A DNA stretch of 63,405 nt, counting the filler, from Chrysochromulina tobinii (taxonomy: Eukaryota), in assembly GCA_001275005.1 (NCBI GenBank). It is 7 parts of 7 records of this genome, joined end to end, with 100 filler letters (N's around TTAATTAATTAA, not from the genome) between each part and the next. Parts side by side here need not be neighbours in the genome. Positions count along the whole stretch, not along the records: positions 9,245 to 15,474 come from JWZX01000387.1; positions 15,575 to 31,007 come from JWZX01000388.1; 5 more parts are not named here. One strand, given 5' to 3'. The notes beneath the pieces were generated by a model, which made no database searches, was not told the origin of the DNA, and worked only from the letters and a program-made list of their open reading frames with translations. Below are positions 9,686 to 21,500 of the stretch, in pieces. Every line of letters begins with the position of its first letter. Positions within the stretch are counted from its first letter, which is position 1. Both the position numbers and the translations under genes were made by a program.

Positions 9686-10845
9686 TTACTTCCTTGACGC
9701 CTGGCGGACGCGCTTGGCAGCGGGGAGCGCCTCCTCAGTCAGGTCCCGGTCAGCCACAAGAGGAAGAGGCTTTGTATGTGGGCTTCTGCAATCCATGCAA
9801 TAATTGCATTCTTCCTTGTCGGCCAGCTGCTTCTTTAAGAACTCGGTGCAGTACTTGATGTAGCAGAAGTGATGAAAGAGAGCAGGGCGTGGGCCTTGCC
9901 TTGCCTTGCATTTGTCTCCTGTACATATCATCACATATCATCACATATCATCACATATCATTCAATCTCATGTCATACATATCATATATCATACCGATAT
10001 CACTCATTCGGTATGATCGATATATCATTATTATCTCATATCATCACAAATCATTCAGTATCATGAATATCACATCATATCATCTTACCGCTCTTGCACG
10101 CGCGATGCCCAGTTGGGCCGAGGTTGCATTCAAAGGCCGGTTGAGCAAGACCAGACTTGAAGGTGTGGAAGAAGCAGTACATATTCGCCTCAGCGGGCGG
10201 TCCCTCGGCCTCTGGCACGTTCTCCACTCCGTCTGGATCTGTGGATGGTGCCCCTGGCGCTGGCGCTGGCGCGGGCGCTGGCGCGGACGCTGGCGCAGAC
10301 GCTGGCGCGGGCGCTGGCGCTGGCGCGGGCGCGGGCGAGGGCGCCCGTGCGGCAGCGGGCGAGGGCGCCCGTGCGGCAGCGGGCGAGGGCGCCCGTGCGG
10401 CAGCGGGCGAGGGCGCCCGTGGATTGTCGGTTGCCACTCCCTTGCGTGTCGGGGCCGCGTGTTCTTCGGGCGGGGCCGTGCCTGCCGGCGCCTTGCCCGG
10501 CGCCTTGCGGTTTGAAGCAACCGCGGGTGCAGGCGCGGGCCTGCCCGCCGCTGCCTTGCCGCTCGCCGCTGCCTTGCGGTTTGAAATAACCGCGGGCGCA
10601 GGCGCGCGCGCGGATACGAGCTTTGAAGTGGAGCTACTTGCTTGGTTCTTGTCCTGGACCATAGGGAGTGCGTGTAGGAAAGGAGGACGTCATTCAGTAT
10701 CATGATATAGGTATATCATTATGTATCCTCATATATCATTCAGTATCATGAAATCGGTATATCATTGTATATCCTCATATATCATCAGTAAATCATTAAT
10801 TCATCAACCTCACCTTCTTCTTGGGATCTTTGATGTTGCGATCTC
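9686..10845 (-). CDS. MULE accessory gene: Ala/Pro-rich linker plus Cys/His (PHD-like) zinc finger; 5'-truncated
   Basis: Exons 10845-10814, 10653-10089 and 9918-9686 splice in frame at GT-AG sites (DRNIKDPKKK|DKNQ...ACKSG|DKCK...FHHFC...YCMDC). Basic NLS-like C-terminus AKRVRQASRK. Confidence 0.7.
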
Positions 10846-10851
10846 CTGTGT

Positions 10852-13064
10852 GCTGACTTTGGCGAGGACGAGGATGGAGGAGACCTCATCGAAGACATGG
10901 ATATTGCAGGCATCGAGGGTGCACCTCGATTGTCGCAGATTCAGGACTACGTCAAGAGACAAAAGAAGAAAGGTAATGATATGATATGATATACAAGGAT
11001 ATGATATGATATGATATGATATGATACAACATGCTTGCAGGTGGTCTGTATGGCCCGATCAACGACGTTCACGATCTGGTCAGCGTCGCTGAGGACATGA
11101 AGCTGCCTGAAACTCTGGAAGAAGTGATTCCTCGCAAGGCATACATGGTTCCCACGAACATGGAGTTGCTCTCCCGAGTTCAGGCCGTGTGCTTCACGGG
11201 GCGCACACAGATCAAGTGGCTTTTGCAACTGGCGGCGACGGACTTCAAGTACACCATGCACATCGATGGAGTTCACAAGCTGCACCACGGGGAGTGGATT
11301 CTCGTCACCATTGGACCGCATGCTCTCAACCGGGCAGATGACGGAACGGTACGCAATACGAACAAACATGATATTCATTGATGTGCAATGATATTTCATG
11401 ATATTGTTGATATGATATGATTTTATCAGGTGACGCATTCATATCGTCCGTGCATCTACATGTTCTGCAAGCAAGGCGAGAGCGTGGATGGCACTAGGCT
11501 GATTTGCTCCGCCTGCGATCAAGTCAGTATGCTGTATGCTGGGAAGCCCCTTTGTCCGGCTGCAGTCAACATGGATTGCAGCGATGCCTTCCGCGCCGGG
11601 GTGCTCATGGTTTGGCCAGACTCACGTGCGTGCTGCACTAAGTTGGTGTGCTACCCTGTGCTTCTGATGGATGGCTACCTGCTGCCCCACACAGGTCCCA
11701 TCACGTGCTGGCCTCACATCAATAACAAGGTCCTACGCGGAGAATACATGAGGAAGGTGCGTACATCGAGTGATATCTTGCGATACAACATGATATGATT
11801 GATATATATATGATGCATATATATGTGATATTGATATCTCTATATCTCAATTGATATCATGGTATCTCATGTGCATTCATGATTATATCGTTGCATATCA
11901 CAGACATCCAAGTTCTTCGAAACGTTCCTCGGGATGCTCAAGTCCATCCACATGGCAAACTCAGCACCCATGAGTGAGATGTTGATCAAGCTGGCAGGAG
12001 TTTCAATGGACAAGCACATCGCTGCTGAACCAAAGCTTCTTACCTTCTGGAACACATACTGCTGCGCCCCTTGGCAGTGCTGGTCACTTGGCCACGGCAA
12101 TGGCATTCCCAGTCAGATTGCCAACAACCAGCCCATTGAATCCTGGCACAAATGGGGTGTCAAGCAATTCTTGGGAAAGTTAGGGCTCAAGAAGTCCACA
12201 GCGATTGTGATCCACAAGACGCTGCCACTGATCATGAGACGTGACGGTGGGCATATATCAGCATATCATAAGATATCACAATATATCATACCATATCATT
12301 GTATATCTGACTATATGTGACGAATCTCGCCCACAGAATCGCGCATGCCTGCCATACTTCGCTTGGATGAGCTACCTATTAAGTGGATTGCTAAGGCTCA
12401 ATACAAGGCTGCTCAGGCGATTGCATTCAATGCTGACGAGCTAATCTACACAGATGCAGATGCCTCATCAGCGTACGTGCTGACCAGTGCTGGGCTCCAA
12501 ACTTACAAGAAGATTACACAGGGGCTCGTCAAGAGGTAAGTATCATTTGATATCTCTATATCTCATGCTATATCATACCTTGAATGACAATATCATCCTT
12601 ATATCATGTCATATCACAGATACAAGTCGTGCATCGACGGGAAAGCGCCCAAGGGCGCTGAAAAGGACTTTGAGAAGCTGGCTGGCATCTGCGAAGCTCT
12701 TGTCTGCGTCAAGAGGATCCAGCCTGGGGAGGAATCCTCCGTGATCCGCTGCAAGGCGAATCCATTCAACCTCGTATGTGAGTGCAAGGGCAGCCGAAAG
12801 ATTGGCATTTGCGCTCACATCCTTGCAGTCACGCACTGCTGGGTCAAGGAAGGGAACCTAGACGAGCAGAGGCGGCTTGCCTTTTGCAATTTACGGCTCA
12901 TGACCCAAGCCCTGACGACGAAGAAGGGTGCGAAGTGGATGAAAGGCAAAGGGGCGACAAAAGTACTCCACTATCTGTACAAGGAGGTTCCCAAGAAGGT
13001 TACCAGCTCAGACAGCTCAGACGATGAGGAAGATGTGAGCTTCATCCCTCGCCTCAAGTGGTGA
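10852..13064 (+). CDS. MULE (Mutator-like) DDE transposase with C-terminal SWIM zinc finger; 7 exons, N-terminus apparently missing
   Basis: Exons 10852-10972, 11041-11348, 11430-11625, 11695-11756, 11904-12246, 12337-12535 and 12620-13064 join in frame at GT-AG sites. Motifs: HIDGVHK (D1), NMDCSDAF (D2), TCWPH (CxxH), NNQPIESWH (E) and SWIM CECKGSRKIGICAHILAV. Confidence 0.9.
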
Positions 13065-14711
13065 GAGATGTCTCTACAGGATGAGTGAACCACTCACGTT
13101 GACTGATATTACATGATAGAACATGATATGACATGATACGGATAGATACATCACGATATCATGATATCATAGTCAAGGTAAAGATTGTTTGTCATCTCAT
13201 GTCCCAGGTCATGCCACTCCGGTATCATGTCCATATATCATTGATACCAAAACATGATACTGACGCGGTCGAACCAACACATGATACGGGACATGATATT
13301 TTTTGGCGGTGTATCATAATTTTATTTTTTGTGATATCATGTTGGTATCATGTGTTCAAAACGAGCATCATATATCATGGTATATCAAGTCGTGCATTAT
13401 GTATCATCGATATCATTTATATCATGTGTCGCCGAGGGACATGATATATTGTGATATCGACAATGATACGTAATGATACACAATGATAGCAACATGATAT
13501 GTAATGATATATCATGATATCTTGTATCGAAAAGAGCCTATTCTTGTATCGAAAAAAACCCCAATCCCATTGTGGACCTGTTCGAGCAGCCAAGCTTTCC
13601 CTTGGATGTGCGTCATGAAGTGGCAACTTCGTCGCGTCTGTATGTGGTGCCTTCGGAGTGTTTTACTGTTTCGTCGCCGCCGCCTCCGTCTACATCATGC
13701 ACAGAACTGCTTTCTCGCTCTGAGGCATACCGCCATACTTAGGTACCGCGTACCGGCAGCGCAATTCGCGCTCGAATAACGCCACCTCCGACTGCAGAGT
13801 AAGTAGTAATAACTTGTATAGTTAAACACGCCTAACGGCAGCGCACACGCAGCGATAGGGGTACCTCGACTGCAGAGCGGACGGGGTCTGCCGTGCGGGG
13901 AAACACTACACAGAGCCAGGATCGAAAACCGTCGACTGAAATACATGTACGCCGTCGAGTCTCGTCACGCTCCGAGTAAACAAAACGTACAAAAACATCC
14001 ACAGCTTTGTTGTCATTTAGTCATAGTTACAAATGATCCTACGAGGTGTCTAGACCTGTTAGGCTTAGCCTATGCGTGTGGGATAATATCAAATATGCTC
14101 GGGGCGATGCAGCCATGTGCACCCGCAGCCTATTCCACCCTCTCTATCTTCAAACGTATCTTGCTATCATCTCACGTCATCGAGGCTCGTGTCGCATGCG
14201 TGTACTCAGTACTACGTAGTTGTTAGTACGAGTACTGAGTAGAGGCTAGAGCGGATTAAGAGCGGCTCTAGCTCAGGTCAGGGGCTGCCAGCTGGGGTGT
14301 AAACTGAGCGTTTGGGGGGGAGGGTGCGGGGGGAGAGGTTTGCCCGCCGCAGGCGCGAAAATTTTGGCAATATTGAGTGTGAATCACTGCATTTTGGCCC
14401 TGAAAGTGATGCCACACACTATTTGTAGTGATTCTGTGCCATACCCTACCGACTAATCTGCGACTAAAACAATCTAAAAATAACACTGATCGTGCGAGCT
14501 GCTGTGGCTGCAGGTTCTCGACGGCGCTGCAGCTGGAGCTCGCTTGCTTGTGGACCTGCTTCGTGCCGTGCGCCACAGCGGCTCGATAAGGCTGTAGCCG
14601 CCCGTCTGCGCAGGGGGCAGCAGCGGCATCTGGCCAGCGCTGCAGCTGCAGCGGAGCCAGCGCCGCCTCAACCGGCCGGGGCGGCGCCAGCAGCTTTGAG
14701 CTCGGGTCGGC

Positions 14712-15080
14712 AGATCGGATGCCGTCGGCGGTGACAGCAAACGGCGCCTCCCGGGCTCGCCACCTTTGGAGAGGGCGGCGAGGCGTGGGCGGCGAGGCGG
14801 ACGCCGTCGCGCCATTCGAGGCTCACCTGCATGTTGCACATGTGCGCCCACGCCTCGCCCAGCGCGGGCACCAGCCCACTAGTGCCGAGCACCTCGTTGG
14901 CGCGCGTGGACACCTGGTTGATGAGCACGACGACGCACGGTGCGCGCGGCGCGCGGCATGGCTGAGGAGCTGTGCCATCTGCCCGACGAGCTGGAGGGGC
15001 TTGGCGTACGTGAGCTCCGAGTTCGCGCGCACGTGGAACGCGATCGAGTCGACCACCACCGGACGCACGCTCCGGCCGGG
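14712..15080 (-). pseudogene. RAD51C: RAD51C-like (RecA/Rad51 paralog) C-terminal fragment with two frameshifts
   Basis: VVVDSIAFHVR...MAQLL (Walker B region), then a frame change to VVLINQVSTR...LVPALGEAWAHMC..SLEWRDGVRLA, then a further frame change to PFAVTADGIR. No Walker A or N-terminal half upstream. Confidence 0.8.
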
Positions 15081-15301
15081 CCGGCCTGGCGCATTGTTCG
15101 CGTGCCTTTGTGTCCCTGCGACGCGTCGGAAACGCGCCGTCCAAGCTTCGCCTCCAATCGCGCATGGTGTGGGCACCCAGTGTCAGACCGAATGACGAAA
15201 TCAATTAAAGGCGCCCTGAGAGCTTCAGGGTTTTTCAGAAACTTTTCCCATGGGGAAGTACATGTACTTTGCCGTTCAGCCCGTGCTGTCGTCCTGCGGC
15301 C

Positions 15302-15474
15302 ATGCCGAGCGGCTTTGGCACGTCGGCGCCCGCCTCCTGGTTCCAGGTCAACTGCCCATCGTGCACTGCCGCGCTCCAGGTCCGGTTGGCGGAGGGCAGC
15401 TGGCCTGTAGCGTGCAGCCAGGCGCTGAAGTGCCATGCCATCTTCACCGTTAAGGTGCATGCATCGATGCTGTA
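15302..15474 (+). CDS. Possible zinc-ribbon protein, 3'-truncated at contig end
   Basis: FQVNCPSC...V.CSQALKC..IFTV two-pair Cys pattern; short and partial. Confidence 0.35.
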
Positions 15475-15574
15475 NNNNNNNNNNNNNNNNNNNNNNNNNN
15501 NNNNNNNNNNNNNNNNNNTTAATTAATTAANNNNNNNNNNNNNNNNNNNNNNNNNNNNNNNNNNNNNNNNNNNN
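15475..15574. other. Artificial contig-join spacer
   Basis: 44 N + TTAATTAATTAA + 44 N. Confidence 0.99.
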
Positions 15575-16267
15575 CGACAGCCGAGAGGGGTATCACCTCA
15601 CGCACTACACCTTCGCGGTGTTGGCGTGGGAGTGACACGTTACGCAACACAAGGGCAAGGCCGAAGCTGCTGCACCATATTGACACACAACAGTTGATGA
15701 CGGGCATGCGTCAGTGGGGGCTGTGGCGTTTCCCACAGCGGATCCAGTGAGCCGGGGGATTCATCTTCTCGCGAGTATCCGCATCCACATGTACAAGTTC
15801 ATGCATGATAGCGCGCAGCCTCGAAGACCTGCCGCATGATAGCGCGCAACCTCGTCCTCGAACCTGCCAAAGTGCCGTGCGTGTAGCTTCTAGCTACCGC
15901 CAAACCAGCGCGCAGTTTCCGTTACTGCGTCTTCTGCGTGGACAACCTGTGTGAAGCTGAAGGACTCGTCGAAGTGACACTCAGTTCAAAGGCACTCGAC
16001 GAGCAGAGTGAGATACCCACCACCAATATACACCAAACACCCGATCGGACAAGTTTGGAAGTGTCGACGGTCTCCAGCGTCTCGACCCCAGTGTGAACAG
16101 TATAGACGGTTTGGCCTACTGGCCTCCCTTAGGACTGCTACGGCGCGGCGACCCCCCTGAACACGGATGGGTACACACGCCACACACGGCAAGTACCGAG
16201 ATATGGCATGAAATGACATTATCACCCGTGAACGGGAGGGGCGCCGCCTGCGAACGAGCGCAGTGAG

Positions 16268-17737
16268 TTGAACACTGACCTATCTAAATCACATATTGGG
16301 GGTCGGGTGGGCGGGCGCTTGCCATGGCTCTGCGCGCTCTTGTGCGCCAGACCACGAAAGCAAAGCCAAAGGCAGCTTTACAGTGGTGGCGAGACGCGAG
16401 GCGCGCATACCCAAGGTTTTCCCCACAGCCCTCTTCACGCTGGACGAAGGTCGACTCCCTCGACTCCCCACAAAGCAACAAGGCGACCCATTGACATCTC
16501 ACGCGCAGCCTTGGCTGCTGCACTAGCAGGAAACCAGCCCCTAGCGACTGAAGCGGGCTATGCGGCGATGTCGGCCATTCTTTCGAGCCCTTGGGCACGT
16601 GAAGATGGACTGAGCGGCCGCCAATCAATGGACTGCGCCTTCAACCTGGCCTTGGCGGGCTGTGGCGACGAGACGATCTTCTCTAGATTGTGCGAGCGTG
16701 CCGAGGCCGAAGTGTCGCGCTCAAGAAAGGGGAGACGGCGCGCATCTGGGCTCGCCATCGCACAAATGGCTGAGCTGGCCGCAGCGGCAGGATGCATGCA
16801 TCCGGGTCTCTTTGAGGCAGCACAAGGACAGCTAGTGGACCTCGGGTGGAGCTCGGAGGCTGGATCCACGGCGGCGGCACTCGCGGCAGGCGACTTTTCA
16901 CTCCTGCATCCACGCGCTGCCCGCTGGCTCCACAGACGCCACTACCACCATTCACTCAGCTCCACTCAGCGCCGCGTCGGCCAGTCGAGTGCGAGGAGCT
17001 CTGTAGATGCCGTGCCCCTCCGATCGCACTTTGACGACCCCATCGCCGACCTCTCCGTCGATTTGGGCTGCGGATTTGGTCTGGGAGCGCTCGGCGTCGC
17101 CTCCTCTGACAGCTCGCTCAACGTCTTGGGCTGTGATCGCAACCATGCGGCAGTCGGCTTCGCGCGAGGGGTTGCGAGACGATGGCAGCTGGAGCGCCGT
17201 TGCGCCTTTGTGGTGTGCGACGCCTCGTCAGTGCTACGGCGTCTTCGCGACGGCGAGTACGATGGCCGATTGCGACGCATTGTACTATCGTGCCCGACGC
17301 CCTTTGCTGCCACCACGACGCGGGCGTCGCCGCAGACGCTTGACTTTTTCGCCGACGACACTCTATTTATGGACATCGCAGCCACTCTCCCGCCCAGCGG
17401 TACCTTGCATGTCGCGGCCAACGTGGAAGATGTCGCTGTGCGCTTGCTGGCTTCGGCACTTCAAACGAAGCTGTTCGAGGAGGTGAGTGCTGCGCCGGAG
17501 TCAGCCGAAGTCGTGAAGGCCTTTCCTTTCACTCCTTCTCCTCTTGCAGCGCGACGAACGACGGCCACAGAGCTGCCACGCCGCCAGGCTCTCTGGCGAG
17601 ACTCCGGAGGGGAATGGGCCGAGGGTCCTGTTTGGCAGCACGGAGCGGCAACGCTCCTAGAAGCACGGAGTGAGACTGAACTGGCGAGCGCGCTTGAGCG
17701 GAGGCCCACGTACAGATTCGTCTTGGAACGCAAGTAA
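16268..17737 (+). CDS. Class I SAM-dependent methyltransferase, TrmB (tRNA m7G46)-like, with an N-terminal helical extension
   Basis: VDLGCGFG (motif I), NVLGCDRN, CPTPF (cf. FPDPW), LHVAANVEDV and ARSETE...PTYRFVL. True start uncertain (ATG at 16568 possible). Confidence 0.75.
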   Translation: MNTDLSKSHIGGRVGGRLPWLCALLCARPRKQSQRQLYSGGETRGAHTQGFPHSPLHAGRRSTPSTPHKATRRPIDISRAALAAALAGNQPLATEAGYAAMSAILSSPWAREDGLSGRQSMDCAFNLALAGCGDETIFSRLCERAEAEVSRSRKGRRRASGLAIAQMAELAAAAGCMHPGLFEAAQGQLVDLGWSSEAGSTAAALAAGDFSLLHPRAARWLHRRHYHHSLSSTQRRVGQSSARSSVDAVPLRSHFDDPIADLSVDLGCGFGLGALGVASSDSSLNVLGCDRNHAAVGFARGVARRWQLERRCAFVVCDASSVLRRLRDGEYDGRLRRIVLSCPTPFAATTTRASPQTLDFFADDTLFMDIAATLPPSGTLHVAANVEDVAVRLLASALQTKLFEEVSAAPESAEVVKAFPFTPSPLAARRTTATELPRRQALWRDSGGEWAEGPVWQHGAATLLEARSETELASALERRPTYRFVLERK

Positions 17738-18593
17738 GGTCCTTCCAAAAGACCAAAACGGTTCGTGTTGCAAAATTTGGTTTCGTCTTCTGTGTAGCCG
17801 ACTTCATTATCCGGATAGCCGACTCCACTCGCCGATCTCTTTGCTAAACGGTACGTGGACGTCCCGATCAGCATGATCCTTCCCGATCAGCTCGGTGAGG
17901 CCTATCCCGTCCACTGCGACACGACCATGCCGTCCGCAAGGCTCCTTCGCCCCATCGCAAGGCAAAGCACCGTGCGCGCGGTCGAGCCGGAGGTGCTCCT
18001 GCAACCTCCCTTCGACAAGATCGAGGAGCACCACCAGCCGCAGCCGCTCGAGCATTCGCTTCCGACCGTCGGTGGCTTTGTCCACACCTCGGTCTGGGAT
18101 CCACAAAATGCCACGGCCACGTTGATGAGTCCTGAATATACGTTCTGCGCCGCTCCCCGTCTCAGACCGCGACAGGAGTGCGCGACAGGAGCGCATATTC
18201 GTTTCGACCAATGCGCCGCTCCCCATATTCGACCGCGGGCGCACTAATTCGAGGAGCGAACTGGAACCACATGTGCATGTGCATGAATATCCATACCTGT
18301 AGCAGTAACTGTGCGGAGAGACTGATCATGTCTGATGGTGCTCCGCTCTGGTCCGCCGAGCAGGCCCCGGTGCCTGGAATTTCGGTTATATAACTGCATG
18401 AACGTCCCCGTAGGCCGGCGCGCTCTACAGCTACACACAGTCTCGCGCACCACCCCCTCGTTCGCACGCCCAGATGCTCCCCATGTGTCACGCGACGCGG
18501 CGTTTATTTGGAATCCGCGGCCACCCTATACCCGCATGCATGCAGACGAGATGACTCCAAGATCCTTCATCAGCGCCAGATGAGAGCTTCATA

Positions 18594-21500
18594 TCAGGGC
18601 GAGATGAATGAAGGCTGCACGCCACCCGGGTTGGTGCCCGTGGCGATGAAGTGCTCAAGGAGCTGCTGCTGCTCATAGCTGGGCGAGTTGATCGGCGCGA
18701 TGTGGCTCAGGTCCCAGCAGCGCACGGTGCCATCGGTCGAGCCCGACCACACAGCGCCGTCGCGCACGAGCAGTGAGCGCACGGGCGCACGGTGCGCCTG
18801 CAGGTTAGCCAGCGGCGCCGCTCGCATCGCGCGTATGTCCCACACCTGATGACGGTCACGTCGCAATCAGATGCCATCAGTCCGATCCGTCGCAATCAGA
18901 TGCCATCAGTCCGATCCGTCGCAATCAGATGCCATCAGTCCGATCCGTCGCAATCAGATGCCATCAGTCCCATCCGTCGCAATCAGATGCCATCAGTCCG
19001 ATCCGTCGCACACCTTCAGAGAGCCATCGTATCCCGCGCTCACGAGCATCGCGTCCGCGCCCGTGTCGCTGGTGGCGGCGAGCGCGTACACGGGCGCGCC
19101 CGCGTGCATCTCGCCCGCGCGCGCCGACGAGCGCGCGTCCCATAAGCGGATCGCGCCGTCCGCGCCACCGCTGGCCATGAGCTCTGCGGCATACGGCAGC
19201 GGCTGCAGCGCCCAGACAGGGCCATCGTGCACGCCCTCCAGAGCCCTCAGCCGCACGCTCTCCGGAGCATTCCACAGGTTGATCGAGCCACCCCAGTGGC
19301 CACTCCAGAGTGTCTCGGGCTTGCGGCCGTTGACGGCGCAGTGGCCGAGTGCATGCACGGCCGTGTGCTCCGCGTGGCCCGCTGAGACGGGCATCGCGCA
19401 AGTGGCGAGCAGCTTCCTATTTTGGTAATCCCACATGCGGATCGTGCAGTCGGCTGAGCCCGAGACGAGTCGCCCTTGATGGAGCAGCAAGGCCTGAACG
19501 GCATCCGTGTGGCCGGCGAGCGTGCCCAGCTTGGTGAGCTCGAGCGGGAGATACATCCGCTCATTCGGGCCAGAGGCACGCTGCGTCGTCTCCACATTCC
19601 ACAGTCGCACGGTCCGATCCGACGAACCGGACGCAATGGTGCGCTCACCTGATGATGACGGTGGCACTCAGAGATGATGAGATTCAATCAGAGGCCCTCA
19701 GAGAGAGAGGCAATCAGTCCGATCCTGATGATGACGGTGGCAATCAGTCCAATCGACGCGCCGCTCGCGACGGCGCTCACCCAGGACCGCGAGGCTCCAA
19801 ATGCGGTCGATGTGTGCCGAGTGTTGCATGCAGAGGACTCCAGCCTCGGAGTAGGCGCGGATCGTCTTGTCGCGCCCGGCAGCGAGGACGAGGCTTTGGC
19901 CGTTGGAGGGCGCGGCGCCAGCACTGAGCGCGTCGGTGGGCATCGCGACGAGTGCGTGGACTGCCTGGCCACACGCCACAGGTGAGGGCGGCACGGCCAT
20001 CGCGCCCGGCCCGCTGAACGAAGCGTACAGCCCGATGGAGGTTCGCCGAGAGGTGGGGGTGGGGGAAGAGGCACGAGGGACCACTGGCGCCGTCCTGGGC
20101 GCCTGGGAGCCTCCATGGGCGCCGTCCTGGGCGTGTCCATGGGTGTGCGGGGTGCGTTGCGGCGCGCCGTTGCCTGCGGTGGGCCGTACCGAGGGCGTCG
20201 TGTTGGGCACGGGCGGGGTCGGCGCTCGGTACGGCGTGGACGGCGCTGTGGAAGTCGCTATGGAGGTGTCCAGCACGACGCGGCAGACGGCGGCGGCGGC
20301 AGGCGGCGGCTCGGCGCCCGTCACGGCGCCCGGCGAGCTACGTACCTTGTCGTAGAGCGCCGTCGCGGGCGCACCGGCGCCATTGCATGCGGGCAGGCCG
20401 CCTCCGTTGAGAGGTACCGAGGAGCGGGCGGGGGGCGCCAAGGCGGCGGCACTGTGAATGACGAAACCGGGGGGCGCCGAGACGGCGGCAGCGGGCAAGG
20501 GCGTGTGCGGTGTGATGACGCTCGGCGGGCGGCGCGACGCAGGTGGCTGGTAATGGTCCCCACGCGCCGAGAAGGGCGCGCCGTAGGCTCGTTCCGGTAA
20601 TTGAGTGGGCTCGTTTCGGTAATGGTCCCCACGCGCCGAGAAGGGCGCGCCGTAGGCTCGTTCCGACGGTTGCCCTCCGACGCCGTTCGCGAGCCGGTCC
20701 ATGCCTGCCTCCACTCCCGGGGCGATGGTGCCCAGCTGGAGTGGTGCGACTGGAACGGGCACTCGCGGCGGCACTCGTGGCGGGACCTCGTCCGCCGAAG
20801 CCCCGCCGAGTGGGCGCTCGGGGCGCGGCGGCTTTGCCACGCCCCGCGCGGACAAGGGCTGATGCAGCTGGTCCATTGGCTGCGGCTCGTGAGGGTGTGA
20901 AGGCTCGTGAGGGTGTGAAGGCTCCGCTTCGGACGTCGTCAGGCGCGGCGGCGGTACACTGGGAGCAACAGGGACTCTGTTCTTGGGCGGTGGCGGCGAG
21001 AGCTGCGGCGAGAGCGGCGGCGACTTCGGGCTACTCGCCGCGAGGGAGGCCGAGCACAGAGCCTTCCAAGAGAGCCCCGCGGACGCGCCGTATTGGGCGG
21101 ACGTGGGCGTTTCGTCGAGCTGCTGGAGGACGAGCCACACGTGCTCTGTGCTCGTCGACACACCAAAGTAGCGCTCGAAGAGGTCTGCATGCACGGCCAT
21201 CACCCCCGCCCATTGGGCGCTCACGACAGCGCCATCGCTCCCCACGCGTGCGCGCAGCCGTCGGTACAAGGAGAGTAGGAGCTCTAGATCCGCCTCCGTG
21301 GCTGCGTCGCCCGGCGGAGGCGGCGGAGGCGGAGGCGAAGGCGCCGACGCGGCAATGGGCGACGCAGCCACGGCCACCGGAGGCGGCGGTGGCGCGGCGG
21401 GCGCGGCGGGCGCGGCGGGCGCGGCGGGCGCGGCGACGCTGCTCGTCTCCACTCGTGCACAATTGTTGGCGGCAACCTCAATCTCCTGCCAGCTCAGGTC

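Larger units (their letters stand above)
9245..13568. mobile_element. Mutator-like (MULE) DNA transposon, internally deleted, left end cut by the contig boundary
   Basis: Contains a DDE/SWIM transposase and a second divergent gene. AT-rich flanks (9245-9680, 13100-13568) and most introns are saturated with TGATAT/ATATCA/GATATC motifs, unlike the GC-rich host DNA. The right boundary is approximate. Confidence 0.85.

Noticed and set aside
13133..14226. Short ORFs in and after the MULE right end
   Set aside because: Translations of ATATCA-rich repeat or intergenic DNA; no coding bias or motifs.
17807..18247. Opposing ORFs of 130-145 aa between the methyltransferase and WD40 gene ends
   Set aside because: No recognisable domain and the coding strand cannot be decided; may be a gene fragment or UTR.
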